Positions 46,616-58,681 of a stretch of DNA of 64,000 bases are shown here, piece after piece (the first letter of the stretch is position 1; the number at the start of each line of letters is the position of its first letter). The notes beneath the pieces are model-generated. The model ran no database searches. It was not told the origin of the DNA and saw only the letters and a list, made by a program, of their open reading frames with translations. The position numbers and the translations under genes were made by a program. The stretch covers positions 4,426 to 68,425 of the forward strand of contig JBBKWP010000282.1 in the NCBI GenBank assembly GCA_037968995.1, written 5' to 3'. The stretch comes from Candidatus Xenobia bacterium. Its GTDB lineage: Bacteria > Vulcanimicrobiota > Xenobia > Xenobiales > JADMJV01.

Positions 46616-47170
46616 TTATAGTCGGCGAAGAGGACGAACTCCGTCATCGTCATCAAGCTCAATTTTACTGCCCGGCATGAGACGTTGCATCCAATCCGCA
46701 TCCGTCCAACCGCGGGTGCGGCTTAAGCGACGATACCAGGCGCCGGGCAGTTCGTGCCCCACGTAACGATCACCCACTTGGATGGTCTTGGTATTGAAGT
46801 TGTGATGAACCGGCAGATCGAGCGCCTCAGCGGTTTTGTAGAGATCGATCATGGTGACACCGCCGAAACGAATGGTCTCAACGGGTTTGTCGCCCGCTCT
46901 CACCAGAAACTCCAAGGGTGCGATGTTGTCGGACGGCTTTTCCCCGATACTCCATCCTTGATAATAGTGCGAGCGCGGTAATCCCACCGCATCGGAAAAA
47001 GCTTCCACGCCGACAAAAGGTCGGTCGTTGACCAAAGCCCAATTTCCATAGAAAGGGGTGCCATTGACGTTCAGGTTCAGGTCGTATTCACAGCCTGTGC
47101 AATCGGCCGTCGCCGCTCCGCCCATTGCTAGAAGCGCGGCCGTAGCCAATCCCAAAAATAATTTCTTCAT
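46616..47170 (-). CDS. Secreted protein with two copper-amine-oxidase-N-terminal-like ('stalk') repeats
   Basis: 'MKKLFLGLATAALLAMGGAATA' is a signal peptide, and GGAGG lies 7 nt upstream of ATG 47170. 'LNVNGTPF..ALVNDRPFVGVEAFSDAVGLP' and 'FGGVTMIDLYKTAEALDLPV..NTKTIQV' resemble this domain. The ORF track starts at 47293. Confidence 0.5.
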   Translation of the reverse strand: MKKLFLGLATAALLAMGGAATADCTGCEYDLNLNVNGTPFYGNWALVNDRPFVGVEAFSDAVGLPRSHYYQGWSIGEKPSDNIAPLEFLVRAGDKPVETIRFGGVTMIDLYKTAEALDLPVHHNFNTKTIQVGDRYVGHELPGAWYRRLSRTRGWTDADWMQRLMPGSKIELDDDDGVRPLRRL

Positions 47171-47328
47171 TCTCATACCTCCCTCGGACCACGAACATCG
47201 GGTCCTACCTCTTCCAAGGTTTAACCCTTGATTGGCGTTCTCCGTTCGGCGATGGGTAGCCATCCCCTCCATGGTCGCGGGTCCTTCGAGCAAGCCGCGC
47301 GGAGTAAAGTCAGGAGGGACCTCAATCC

Positions 47329-48594
47329 TTAGTCGAGTGGCTTACCCACCACCGTGCCGCTGGGAACACCCTTCTTCTTCTTCAAAGCTGTATTGGTTTC
47401 CGGAGTCCCCGAATGTACCGTGACGTTGCGGCCCAAGGTGGCTCCGCTGGGAATCACAGAATCGCGGCCGATGATCGTGAGTCCTGTATTCAACGCTTGA
47501 GGGAGTCCCTCGTTGGGGGTGTTATCGTCCCCGTGTCCAACGCGGGCATCGGCCCGAATAATACAGTGTTTGTCTACAATGCAATTATCGACCCTGGCGC
47601 CAGCTTCGATCACGGTCTCGTGTAGGATAATGCTGTTGGTGACCACGGCTCCTTCAGCCACTCTTACTCCGGGTGAAAGGATACTGCGCTGGACGGTTCC
47701 GCTCACCAGACAGCCGTTGCTGAGCAGATTATTATCGACCTGAGCGCTCTTGCCAACACAGACCGGACCACGCTCTTGACTGCGGGTATGCACCGTGTTC
47801 TCGGTATTGTATAGGTCGAGCGCGGGGTCTTCGGACAAGAGACCGATATTAGCTTCCCAATAGGCCTGCACCGTTCCGATGTCGGTCCAATATCCCGGAA
47901 AGGTGTGGGCCCGCACGGAGGCGCCGTTCCTGAGCATTTTGGGCAGAACATCGCGTCCAAAATCCAAGCAACTCTCGTCAGCGAGAATCTTCAGCAACGC
48001 TTGACGACGAAAGGCGTAGACACCCATGGAAGCCAAGGTTTCGCGGGTGCGACGAGGCTTCTCCTCGAATCCCACGATGCGGTCGTCCGAACCTTTGACG
48101 ATCATACCGAAACGATGGGTTTCGTGAGGACTGACTCGGCGGCAGGCGACGGTCAGATCGGCTCCACTGTCCGCGTGACGCTCCAGCATCGGTCGGTAAT
48201 CCATGCTGTAAACATGGTCGCCAGCCAGCACCAAAACGTGCTCCTCAGCCTGTTCTCCAACGAACTCTAGATTGCGACGAACCGCATCGGCTGTCCCGCG
48301 CTGCCAGTCACCAAAACGTCCGCCCCTAAAAGGATGAAGAACGCGCAAGCCACCTTGCATCAGATCCAAGTCCCAAGGGGCGCCTGTTCCCAGATGCTCG
48401 CTGAGACTATGAGGACGGTACTGAGTCAGCACCGCGACATTGTAAATTTCAGAATTCACACAGTTCGAGAGAGAAAAGTCGATCAATCGATACTTCCCTC
48501 CAAAAGGTATCGCCGGGGCCGCCCGTACCTCAGTAAGAACCGAAAGACCGGGACTGGGACCACCCGCCATTATTAGGGCAAAAGCTTGACTCAT
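47329..48594 (-). CDS. Glucose-1-phosphate adenylyltransferase paralogue with divergent Gly-rich loop (GlgD-like)
   Basis: 421 aa. '[39 protein letters not shown]' contrasts with the canonical GG.G.RL....RAKPA. It retains '[10 protein letters not shown]', 'FEEKP' and the C-terminal hexapeptide repeats. Confidence 0.7.
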   Translation of the reverse strand: MSQAFALIMAGGPSPGLSVLTEVRAAPAIPFGGKYRLIDFSLSNCVNSEIYNVAVLTQYRPHSLSEHLGTGAPWDLDLMQGGLRVLHPFRGGRFGDWQRGTADAVRRNLEFVGEQAEEHVLVLAGDHVYSMDYRPMLERHADSGADLTVACRRVSPHETHRFGMIVKGSDDRIVGFEEKPRRTRETLASMGVYAFRRQALLKILADESCLDFGRDVLPKMLRNGASVRAHTFPGYWTDIGTVQAYWEANIGLLSEDPALDLYNTENTVHTRSQERGPVCVGKSAQVDNNLLSNGCLVSGTVQRSILSPGVRVAEGAVVTNSIILHETVIEAGARVDNCIVDKHCIIRADARVGHGDDNTPNEGLPQALNTGLTIIGRDSVIPSGATLGRNVTVHSGTPETNTALKKKKGVPSGTVVGKPLD

Positions 48595-49859
48595 TTCGCA
48601 CGCTCCACGGTCGCTCCATCGGGAACGATTCCTGATTCAGGGAAGTCGGATTCATCGACTTCGGATTCGATCAATACATTGGACCCGATCTTGCAGCCGG
48701 CCGGGATGACGGCACCCTTACCGACCACACTGATGCCGGCCTTCAGATTATCGGGGCTTTTCTCATTGGGCGTCGTTGTGTCGCCGGCGGCCAGAACCGC
48801 TCCCGCGCCCACTCGAACGTCCTTATCCACGACCACACCCTTGATGTGGGCGCCGGGACCTACCCAGACGTCATTCATAATGACCGAATCTTCTATCACG
48901 GCCCCCGGAGAGACATATACTCCCGGCGAAAGCACCGAATTTTTGACCAAACCTTTAATGACGCAGCCGTTAGATACCAGAGCCTCCGAGACTTTACCCT
49001 GGGGTCCGACCTTCACCGCCGGCATCTCTTCAGACTGGGTCAAGATGGGCCAGCGCTCATCGTAGAGGTCCAATGCCTCTTGGCCCTTCACCAGTTCTAA
49101 GTTGGTATTAAGGTAGGAATCCACCGTACCCACATCCACCCAGTAGCCGGCGAATCGATACGACTGAACCACCGAACCGTCGTTTAGCATCGACGGGATG
49201 ATGTGTTTGCCGAAGTCGAGGTCCTGATGATTCTCATATTCTCGTCTCAAAACGCGGTCGAGAATCTTGGCGCTGAAGATGTAGATCCCCAAAGACGCGA
49301 GATTGCCCTTGCTGTGGTCTTTGGGCTTCTCAGCGAATTCGACGATACGCCCTTCGTCATCCACTTTCATAATGCCAAAACGGAACGCTTCCTCAATGGG
49401 AACTTCCATCACCGCCACGGTGAGGTCCGCGCCCTTGGCCGTATGAGCTCTAAGCATCTCCCGATAGTCCATCTTGTAGATGTGATCGCCCGAGAGGATC
49501 AAAACCGCGTCAGCGCGGTGATCGCTCAAGAAGCCAAGGTTCTGATAGATGGCGTCCGCCGTTCCGGCGAACCAGCGTTGGTGACCACGCCCTTGATAGG
49601 GCGGCAGCAAGCGGATTCCGCCGCGTGCTCGGTCCAGGCCCCAGGGCTTGCCGATACCGATGTGCTCGTTGAGACTGTGGGGCCGGTACTGGGTCAGCAC
49701 TCCCACCGTCCCTATCCCACTGTGGACACAATTCGAGAGAGTAAAATCGATGATGCGAAACTTTCCGGCGAAGGGAACCGCGGGCTTGGCGCGCTGCTCA
49801 GAAAGCACCGTCAGCCGGCTACCCTCTCCCCCGGCTAATAACATAGCGACTGTTTTCAT
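48591..49859 (-). CDS. glgC: Glucose-1-phosphate adenylyltransferase
   Basis: '[44 protein letters not shown]', '[10 protein letters not shown]' and 'FAEKP' are present, with a LbH C-terminus. ATG 49859 is preferred to the ORF-track start 49970. 4-nt overlap with the downstream paralogue. Confidence 0.88.
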   Translation of the reverse strand: MKTVAMLLAGGEGSRLTVLSEQRAKPAVPFAGKFRIIDFTLSNCVHSGIGTVGVLTQYRPHSLNEHIGIGKPWGLDRARGGIRLLPPYQGRGHQRWFAGTADAIYQNLGFLSDHRADAVLILSGDHIYKMDYREMLRAHTAKGADLTVAVMEVPIEEAFRFGIMKVDDEGRIVEFAEKPKDHSKGNLASLGIYIFSAKILDRVLRREYENHQDLDFGKHIIPSMLNDGSVVQSYRFAGYWVDVGTVDSYLNTNLELVKGQEALDLYDERWPILTQSEEMPAVKVGPQGKVSEALVSNGCVIKGLVKNSVLSPGVYVSPGAVIEDSVIMNDVWVGPGAHIKGVVVDKDVRVGAGAVLAAGDTTTPNEKSPDNLKAGISVVGKGAVIPAGCKIGSNVLIESEVDESDFPESGIVPDGATVERAK

Positions 49860-49881
49860 GCCCCGTCCATTCGTAAGACCG

Positions 49882-49890
49882 TGGTATAGT
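49882..49890 (+). promoter_or_regulatory. Candidate extended -10 promoter element (TGgTATAGT)
   Basis: This is an 8 of 9 match to TGnTATAAT. It lies in the 207-nt divergent intergenic region between glgC (minus strand) and the aminotransferase gene (plus strand, ATG 50067). No convincing -35 element was found. Confidence 0.25.
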
Positions 49891-50066
49891 GTCCTTCCCG
49901 CCTTAGGATTTGGTTGGAAGCAAGATTCCCTCGGTGGAGTCCATCTCCATGAACTCAAGAATGATGCCACAACTTTCTGATGGGCTCACCTGGATGCGAT
50001 CGCCTCGAACTTGATCGGACGTATTCTTTCTGCAGGCGTTGCCTTGAGGGTGGGGAATTCGCCCCC

Positions 50067-51332
50067 ATGTCCACTGGATCTGAAATGCTCAAGCGCCGCA
50101 GCGCGGCCGTTAGCCCAGGAGTCGGGCGCCTGAACTCGCTGGTTGTTGCCGAAGGTCGCGGTGCTCTCTTGATCGATCTGGAGGGCCGCGAGTATATCGA
50201 TTTGGCTTCGGGCATCGGGGTAGTCACCGTGGGTCACAGCCACCCCAAAGTGGTGGCAGCGATCCGAGAGCAAGCAGGTAAGCTACAGCACACCTGCTTT
50301 CACGTGGCCACCTACGAACCTTACGTCAGTCTCTGTGAGAAGCTGATCGAGCTTTTCCCTCATGGTGAGGAGACCCGGGCGATGCTGGTCAACAGCGGTG
50401 CCGAAGCGGTCGAGAACTCCATCAAGATCGCCCGTCAATTCACCAAGCGTCCAGCGATCATCAGTTTCAGCGAGGGCTTTCACGGACGCACTCTTCTGGC
50501 CACCACCCTCACCTCCAAAGTAGGCTACAAACTGGGCTGCGGTCCCTACGCACCAGAAGTCTACAAATTGCCCTACCCCAACCATTTTGCCTACGGCGAC
50601 GGACTGACCGAGGAGCGATTCGTAGAGCGCGAGATCGAACGCTTCCGCGGCGCATTGATCAGTACGGTGGCCGCTGAGCAGGTGGCTGCCGTGATCATTG
50701 AGGTCGTCCAGGGTGAGGGAGGCTTTCATACCGCACCCGCTGGCTACTTGCGAGCCCTCCGGGCAGAGTGTGACACTCACGGTATCGTTCTGATTTTCGA
50801 CGAAGTGCAAAGCGGCTTCTGTAGAACCGGGCACTGGGCGGCCTATCAGCATTTTGAGGTCCTGCCGGACGTGTCGGTATGGGCCAAAGCTATGGGCGGA
50901 GGCATGCCGGTCTCGGCTGTGCTCGGTCGGGCGGAGGTGATGGACGGAGCACGGCCTGGAACCCTGGGTGGGACCTACGGTGGAAATCCGGTGGCCTGCG
51001 CCGCCGCCCTGGCCGCCATTGAAGTCATGGAAGAAGAAAAACTCTGTCAGCGAGCCGTTCTTTTAGGGACCACCATTCGCCAGAAAATGGAAGCCATCCA
51101 AGCCCGATGTTCCGGAGTTCTCGAGGTACGCGGCCTGGGGGCCATGTTGGCCATGGAACTTCGATCAGGAGCGCCCAGCATCGTGGCCCGCTGCCTGGAA
51201 CGAGGCGTTCTGATGATCACCGCGGGAGCACACGGTCAGGTCCTACGCCTTCTACCTCCGCTGGTCATCACTGACGAACACCTCGAAACGGCTCTCGCTG
51301 TCCTTGAAGAAGAGGTCTTGAGAGAGTTTTAG
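50067..51332 (+). CDS. Class III (GabT/ArgD-like) pyridoxal-phosphate aminotransferase
   Basis: Motifs 'DLASGIGVVTVGHSHPKVV', 'NSGAEAVENSIKIAR', 'FHGRT' and 'FDEVQSGFCRTG' are present, with a Lys in 'WAKAMGGG'. ATG 50067 is preferred over the ORF-track start 49980. Confidence 0.8.
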   Translation: MSTGSEMLKRRSAAVSPGVGRLNSLVVAEGRGALLIDLEGREYIDLASGIGVVTVGHSHPKVVAAIREQAGKLQHTCFHVATYEPYVSLCEKLIELFPHGEETRAMLVNSGAEAVENSIKIARQFTKRPAIISFSEGFHGRTLLATTLTSKVGYKLGCGPYAPEVYKLPYPNHFAYGDGLTEERFVEREIERFRGALISTVAAEQVAAVIIEVVQGEGGFHTAPAGYLRALRAECDTHGIVLIFDEVQSGFCRTGHWAAYQHFEVLPDVSVWAKAMGGGMPVSAVLGRAEVMDGARPGTLGGTYGGNPVACAAALAAIEVMEEEKLCQRAVLLGTTIRQKMEAIQARCSGVLEVRGLGAMLAMELRSGAPSIVARCLERGVLMITAGAHGQVLRLLPPLVITDEHLETALAVLEEEVLREF

Positions 51333-51393
51333 ATCGCTACCCAAGAGTCTTTGGGAATCCGCACCAGGAGTCGACAACCTGGACATCTCCACT

Positions 51394-51861
51394 CTAGCCG
51401 ATCAAGCTTTGAACTCCCGCGGAGAGAACGAAGTAAACCATCCAAGCGCCGAACGCGCTTGCGGCCACCATAGCGTACCGAAGCCAACTTGGCCGTTCCG
51501 AGCGAAAGAACGACAACGACGTCATATATCCGAGGGCGCAGCAGATTCCGCCCAGCGCTCCACCGGCGAAGAGTGGAATGTGCAAGACAGCGGCAAAGAT
51601 CTTTTGACCGGTCGACACGGGTGGGGCGAGATTGTACGTCTCATCCTTGTGAGTGAAGGATGGAATCGTCTCTCCCAAAGAGACGTTGGCCCTGATGGTC
51701 TCCACTTCACCTTGGTCGTTTTTCACAAGATAGTCGGAGTTTTTCTTCCCCGTTCCCTTCAGTATCTGACCGTTGACCAAAAACGAGTTCTTCCAAAAAC
51801 CCGCTCGCCATATCAGTTCTTGCTCCTTGAATCCGGGGATACGGATTGTGTAGTCTTTCAT
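51394..51861 (-). CDS. Hypothetical membrane protein
   Basis: 155 aa with a soluble N-terminal half and then about 3 TM helices ('IFAAVLHIPLFAGGALGGICCALGY', 'YAMVAASAFGAWMVYFVLSAG'). Confidence 0.45.
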   Translation of the reverse strand: MKDYTIRIPGFKEQELIWRAGFWKNSFLVNGQILKGTGKKNSDYLVKNDQGEVETIRANVSLGETIPSFTHKDETYNLAPPVSTGQKIFAAVLHIPLFAGGALGGICCALGYMTSLSFFRSERPSWLRYAMVAASAFGAWMVYFVLSAGVQSLIG

Positions 51862-51908
51862 GCTTTTCCCTCTCCTTCTTGTGAACTAAGATGAACTTTT
51901 CGTTTCCT

Positions 51909-53290
51909 CTAGGACCATTCAAACACCGTAACGGGTAGTACCAAGAGCACGCATGCCACTAACGACAGGATCACGACCAGCGGTAGACAGAATCGAAACC
52001 AGCGGTCGTAAGGTATGCCGGCGATCTGTAGGATGCCCATCGTGACCCCGCTGGTAGGAATGATGAGATTCGAGATGCCGTCGCCGAACTGGAAGGCCAG
52101 CACAGCGACTTGCCGTTCCAGACCCAGCAGATCGCTCAGCGGCGACATCAAGGGCATGGTTAGGGCGGCCTGCCCTGAGCCCGAAGGCACGAAGAAATTG
52201 AGAAAACTCTGGAAGATGAACATAAGGATGACCGAAACGGCTGGAGAGAAGCCTTCGGCGGCACTGGCCAAAAAATGCAAAATGGTATCGATGATGGCCC
52301 CCTCTTCAGCGATCACCAGCAGTCCGCGCGAGAAGCCGATAATGAGCGCTGCCAACACCACCTCAGTTGCCCCCTTGCTGAACGCTTCCACTGTTTCCTC
52401 GGCCGAAAGTCGGCCCACCGCGGATGCCAAGAGGCCCATACCCACAAACAAACCTGCGATCTCTTGAATGTACCAGTGCCACTCTTGAACTCCGTAGACC
52501 AAGAGTAAAAGTGAGCCTCCCAAAAGCATCAAAACCCAGACCCGAGCGCGCGTCATCTTAACCTCTTCGTGTACCCTCTCTTCGTCCCACTTACTGGGCA
52601 CTCCGTGCACGATGCTTTTGGTTTTATCGCCGTCGATTCGTTGAGCGTACAAACAGATGAACGCGATCGCCGTGGTCGTGAAGACCGCCCAACAGACGAG
52701 CCGATAGCCAAATCCACTTCCCGGCGGCAACTCGGCAATGCCTTGCGCGATTCCGACCGTGAAAGGATTGATGAAGGCTCCGGCAAAACCCGCACCTGCC
52801 CCTACGAACGGGATGGCAACGCCCACCACTGTGTCGTATCCCAGGGCGTGACTAAAGGGGATGGTGAGCATGACGAAAACCAACACTTCCTCAGTCATCC
52901 CGAAGGTCGCTCCCCCCAGGGAAAAAAGCGTAATCAAGAACGGTAACAGGAAGAGTTTGTAGCGAGGCTTTGCGACTCCGAAAACGATCACTTTCTCCAG
53001 AAACGCCTGAATCGCGCCTGTCCGCTGAACAATTCCAAAGGCACCCGCCACCAGAAAAACGAAGGCGATAATGTCGGCCGCAGCCACCACCCCCCGGCCC
53101 GGCGCGGTGAGAAAATCCATCAGCCCCTGACCGTTCTGCTCCACCTGTTGGTAGGTCCCGGGAACCACCACCTGCTTATTTTCGAAAGCCTTGCGCTGGA
53201 AACGTCCGGCCGGTATCAGCCAGGTCATCACTGTGAAACACACCATGAACACAGTCAACAGAGTCAAAACGTCGGGGAACTTGCGTCTCA

Positions 53291-53291
<1 letters not shown>
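51909..53291 (-). CDS. YfcC/DcuC-like (C4-dicarboxylate anaerobic carrier family) membrane transporter
   Basis: 460 aa with about 11 TM helices. The N-terminus 'RRKFPDVLTLLTVFMVCFTVMTWLIPAG.F' is typical of YfcC-family proteins. The ATG shares one nt with the helicase stop (TGATG). Confidence 0.65.
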
Positions 53292-55723
<2,432 letters not shown>

Positions 55724-55778
55724 GGCAGCCTGACTTAGGTGTCCGAGCAAAAAAAACCTGGAAAGCCCTAAGGCCTAG

Positions 55779-56750
55779 TCAAAAGAACGTCCGAAACCAA
55801 CTCCAGAAAAACTTCAGGTCGAATAGTCGCAGCCGTTGTTTGGGATGAATCGGATGGTCCGTTAAAGCCCGCAAAGCAGGATGGAGAAGCTTAGTCGAAC
55901 GATCGCGAGAGGGTTTGAGGCCGGCGAAGATCCCTTCTAAACGCTCTCTCACTTCCCTGACGGATGCAGGCCGGTCCTTGGAAAGTAACTGCAACATCTG
56001 CGCGATCAGTTGGGAGAGTTCCGCGGCCGATGCATCGGGTACGTGGTCCGTCAAGTGATCTGTCAGCGGTGGTATCACAAAACCGTAATTCTGAAGATCC
56101 GCCCGCGACAGTAGAAAGTAAGCCGTGGAACCCAGCGAATAGATGTCCGACTGCTGTGTAGTCTGGCCCCGGCCGTACTGTTCTGGGGAACAGAATCCCG
56201 GTGTCCCGAGATCTTGGGTGTCCTTCGTTTTCTTGCTGTCGTGACGGCGAGCGATCCCGAAATCGATCAGATAAACCGCGCCGTGGTCGCTCAGCATAAG
56301 ATTGGATGGCTTGAGATCTCGAAAGACCACTGGGGGACTCTGGGCGTGAAGATGCTCTAAAATATGGCAGACCTGTAAAAGGATAGGGAGTGTTTCGTGG
56401 AGCGACAAAGGCCGATCGACCTGCTCTAGCAGTTGATCCAACGGAACACCCTCTACCCGGCTCATTACGAAGGCCGGAGCGTTCCTGTCGGTAACAAATT
56501 CGTGTATGACCCTTGGACATCCGGGGTGAGATAAGGAGCCCAAAATTTCGGCTTCACGTCGAAAAAGCGCGATGGCTTCTGGCTTCTCTTTCTCCAGCAC
56601 GACTCCCAGGTCTAGTTCTTTGAGAGCCCATCGCACTCCCTCCAGTCGTTCGTCGGAGACGTCGTAGACCGCACCCATGGCGCCTTGTCCCAACACCCCA
56701 ATCAGTCGAAATCGGTCGTCGAAACGGGTCCCGGTTACTCGCAGGGCCAT
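55779..56750 (-). CDS. Serine/threonine protein kinase (kinase domain only + short tail)
   Basis: 323 aa. Hanks-type kinase motifs 'LGQGAMGAVY', 'WALKEL', 'VVFRDLKPSNLML', 'DFGIAR' and 'GTPGFCSPEQ' are present. Confidence 0.85.
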   Translation of the reverse strand: MALRVTGTRFDDRFRLIGVLGQGAMGAVYDVSDERLEGVRWALKELDLGVVLEKEKPEAIALFRREAEILGSLSHPGCPRVIHEFVTDRNAPAFVMSRVEGVPLDQLLEQVDRPLSLHETLPILLQVCHILEHLHAQSPPVVFRDLKPSNLMLSDHGAVYLIDFGIARRHDSKKTKDTQDLGTPGFCSPEQYGRGQTTQQSDIYSLGSTAYFLLSRADLQNYGFVIPPLTDHLTDHVPDASAAELSQLIAQMLQLLSKDRPASVREVRERLEGIFAGLKPSRDRSTKLLHPALRALTDHPIHPKQRLRLFDLKFFWSWFRTFF

Positions 56751-56825
56751 AGTTTGATGTTCGTGTTCGTGGTCATTAAATTTGCTTTGCGGGATTTTTC
56801 CATCGGAGTAGAAAATCCCGCGATT

Positions 56826-57233
56826 ATGAAAATCGCTATTCTTTGCGTTGTCTTTCTCGCTATACTTCAGATCCTTCTCGGCCTAGTCATTAGCGGAATG
56901 CGCCGGAAGTTCCGTTGCTCGGTAGGTGCGCCCGACGATCCAAACCACCCTCTCTTTCGAGCGCGGCTCGCTTTCTCCAATTGCGCCGAATGGCATCCTA
57001 TCTTCTTCGCCTTATTGCTGGTCCTACCCATGGGCGGCGCGCCAAAATGGTCGATATGGCTGTCTCCGGCCGTGGTCGCAGCCCGCTACCTGATGGTGGC
57101 CGGATTAGTGACATTTCCTCCCAACAAGCCAAACATCGTACGAGTATTGGGAGCGGTAGGCACCTATCTCACGGCGCTCTTACTGTCAGGATTGGTGATC
57201 GCTACTTACTGGCCGACTCCCGCTCAAATCTAG
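56826..57233 (+). CDS. MAPEG-family membrane protein
   Basis: 135 aa with 4 TM helices. 'RARLAFSNCAEWHPIFFALLLV' resembles the MAPEG R..RAH.N..E..P motif. ATG 56826 is preferred; the ORF-track start 56685 would overlap the kinase gene. Confidence 0.55.
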   Translation: MKIAILCVVFLAILQILLGLVISGMRRKFRCSVGAPDDPNHPLFRARLAFSNCAEWHPIFFALLLVLPMGGAPKWSIWLSPAVVAARYLMVAGLVTFPPNKPNIVRVLGAVGTYLTALLLSGLVIATYWPTPAQI

Positions 57234-57287
57234 AATCTCGCTCGTTCAAAAAAAGGCACGAGCTAAGAAGGTCAAGAACGCCCACCC

Positions 57288-58088
57288 ATGCTGAAGAAGT
57301 TTGCCACAGATTTATCGCGCGGCCTACGCACCATGGTGAGAGGCATAGACGCCGATTGGGATTTTGCGGAGCGTCGTAAAACCATTCGTTTCCAATGCCG
57401 CTACAAAGTTGATGTGACGTTCAAGGACACGAAAAAGGTCGCCTACGTTCTAGACTACTCGCTGGCGGGTCTTCGCTTCACTTCAACCGTCAAGTTCAAG
57501 ATTGGTGAAGTGGTACAAGTGAAATTTCCTCACCCCTTGGAAGGTTACGGCGTTCGTAGTCTCAATTGCGAAGTTATCTGGATGCGCAAAAACCCGAAGA
57601 CCCTGGAACTCGTGTGCGGGGCGCGCTTCAAAGAGACCAAGCCCCGTATGGCCGCCTCTTGGATTGCCTACCTCTTCAAAGAGAAAAAAGTTGACACCAA
57701 GGACCTGGTAGAAGACCGAAAATTTTATAGAGCAACCTGTAAGCTTGAGGTTGTAGCGAGACGCGACGACTTGAGATCCGAAGGCCATATCGTGGACATC
57801 AGTACCGAAGGTGGCTGCATCATGATTGACCAAGCCAGCGAGGAAGAGGAAACTTGGGGACTCGACATCAAGGGTCTCTCAAACCTTGAGCCGATGCACA
57901 TTAAGGCGACTGTCCTTTCCTGCGTGACCGAGGCCGAGGTTGAAGGTGAGCCCGACCCTGATGGGGAGGTACAAATAGAAGGCATCTATAGGCAAAGAGT
58001 CAAGTTCCAGACGCCTCTCGACGAGAAGACCATTCTCCTCCTGCAGAACTATATGCAGCACCTCGCCAAAGACTTCTGGGTAGGATAG
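57288..58088 (+). CDS. Tandem PilZ-domain protein (c-di-GMP receptor)
   Basis: Domain 1 has 'RRKTIR' (RRxxxR) and 'DYSLAG' (DxSxxG). Domain 2 has 'RKFYR' and 'DISTEG'. Confidence 0.65.
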   Translation: MLKKFATDLSRGLRTMVRGIDADWDFAERRKTIRFQCRYKVDVTFKDTKKVAYVLDYSLAGLRFTSTVKFKIGEVVQVKFPHPLEGYGVRSLNCEVIWMRKNPKTLELVCGARFKETKPRMAASWIAYLFKEKKVDTKDLVEDRKFYRATCKLEVVARRDDLRSEGHIVDISTEGGCIMIDQASEEEETWGLDIKGLSNLEPMHIKATVLSCVTEAEVEGEPDPDGEVQIEGIYRQRVKFQTPLDEKTILLLQNYMQHLAKDFWVG

Positions 58089-58090
58089 AG

Positions 58091-58681
58091 ATGCGACTCT
58101 CCAAGGTTGTAACCAAAACTGGGGACGGAGGAACGACAGCCCTCATCGGGGGCCATCGTGTAAGTAAAGCGTCACTCCGTGTGGCCGCCTATGGTGATGT
58201 AGACGAACTGAACTGCTGCTTAGGGCTGGCCGCCGCGCATCTCAAGGATGACGAATGTCTGGCCATCCTCAACGAACTGCAACACAGGATGTTCACTCTG
58301 GGCGCCGACCTCGCCTCTCCCATAGGCGTTGAGGTGCCCCGAATGGACACAGGCCATGTGGATCGGTTAGAAGAGATCCTCGAGGGCTTAATGGACGACC
58401 TACCGCCTTTGGAGGAGTTCATTCTGCCCGGCGGCGGACCGGGCGGTGCTGCTCTGCACCTCGCCCGTACCGTGGCCCGAAGAGCGGAACGGTCGGTGGT
58501 TCTGTTGTCGGACCAGATGGAAATCAACCCTTTGTCGATTATCTACCTGAATCGACTCTCGGACCTACTCTTTGTCATGGCCCGCGTTGGAAATAAGCGC
58601 GAAGGACAACCGGAAACCTTAGCTGACTTTTCTCAGAAAAAGAAAAGACAAACCGCTGGGACCAGCTCCCCATCTAAGTGA
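58091..58681 (+). CDS. PduO-type ATP:cob(I)alamin adenosyltransferase
   Basis: 196 aa. Motifs 'TKTGDGGTTALIGG.RVSK', 'YGDVDELN' and 'FILPGG' are present. Confidence 0.85.
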   Translation: MRLSKVVTKTGDGGTTALIGGHRVSKASLRVAAYGDVDELNCCLGLAAAHLKDDECLAILNELQHRMFTLGADLASPIGVEVPRMDTGHVDRLEEILEGLMDDLPPLEEFILPGGGPGGAALHLARTVARRAERSVVLLSDQMEINPLSIIYLNRLSDLLFVMARVGNKREGQPETLADFSQKKKRQTAGTSSPSK

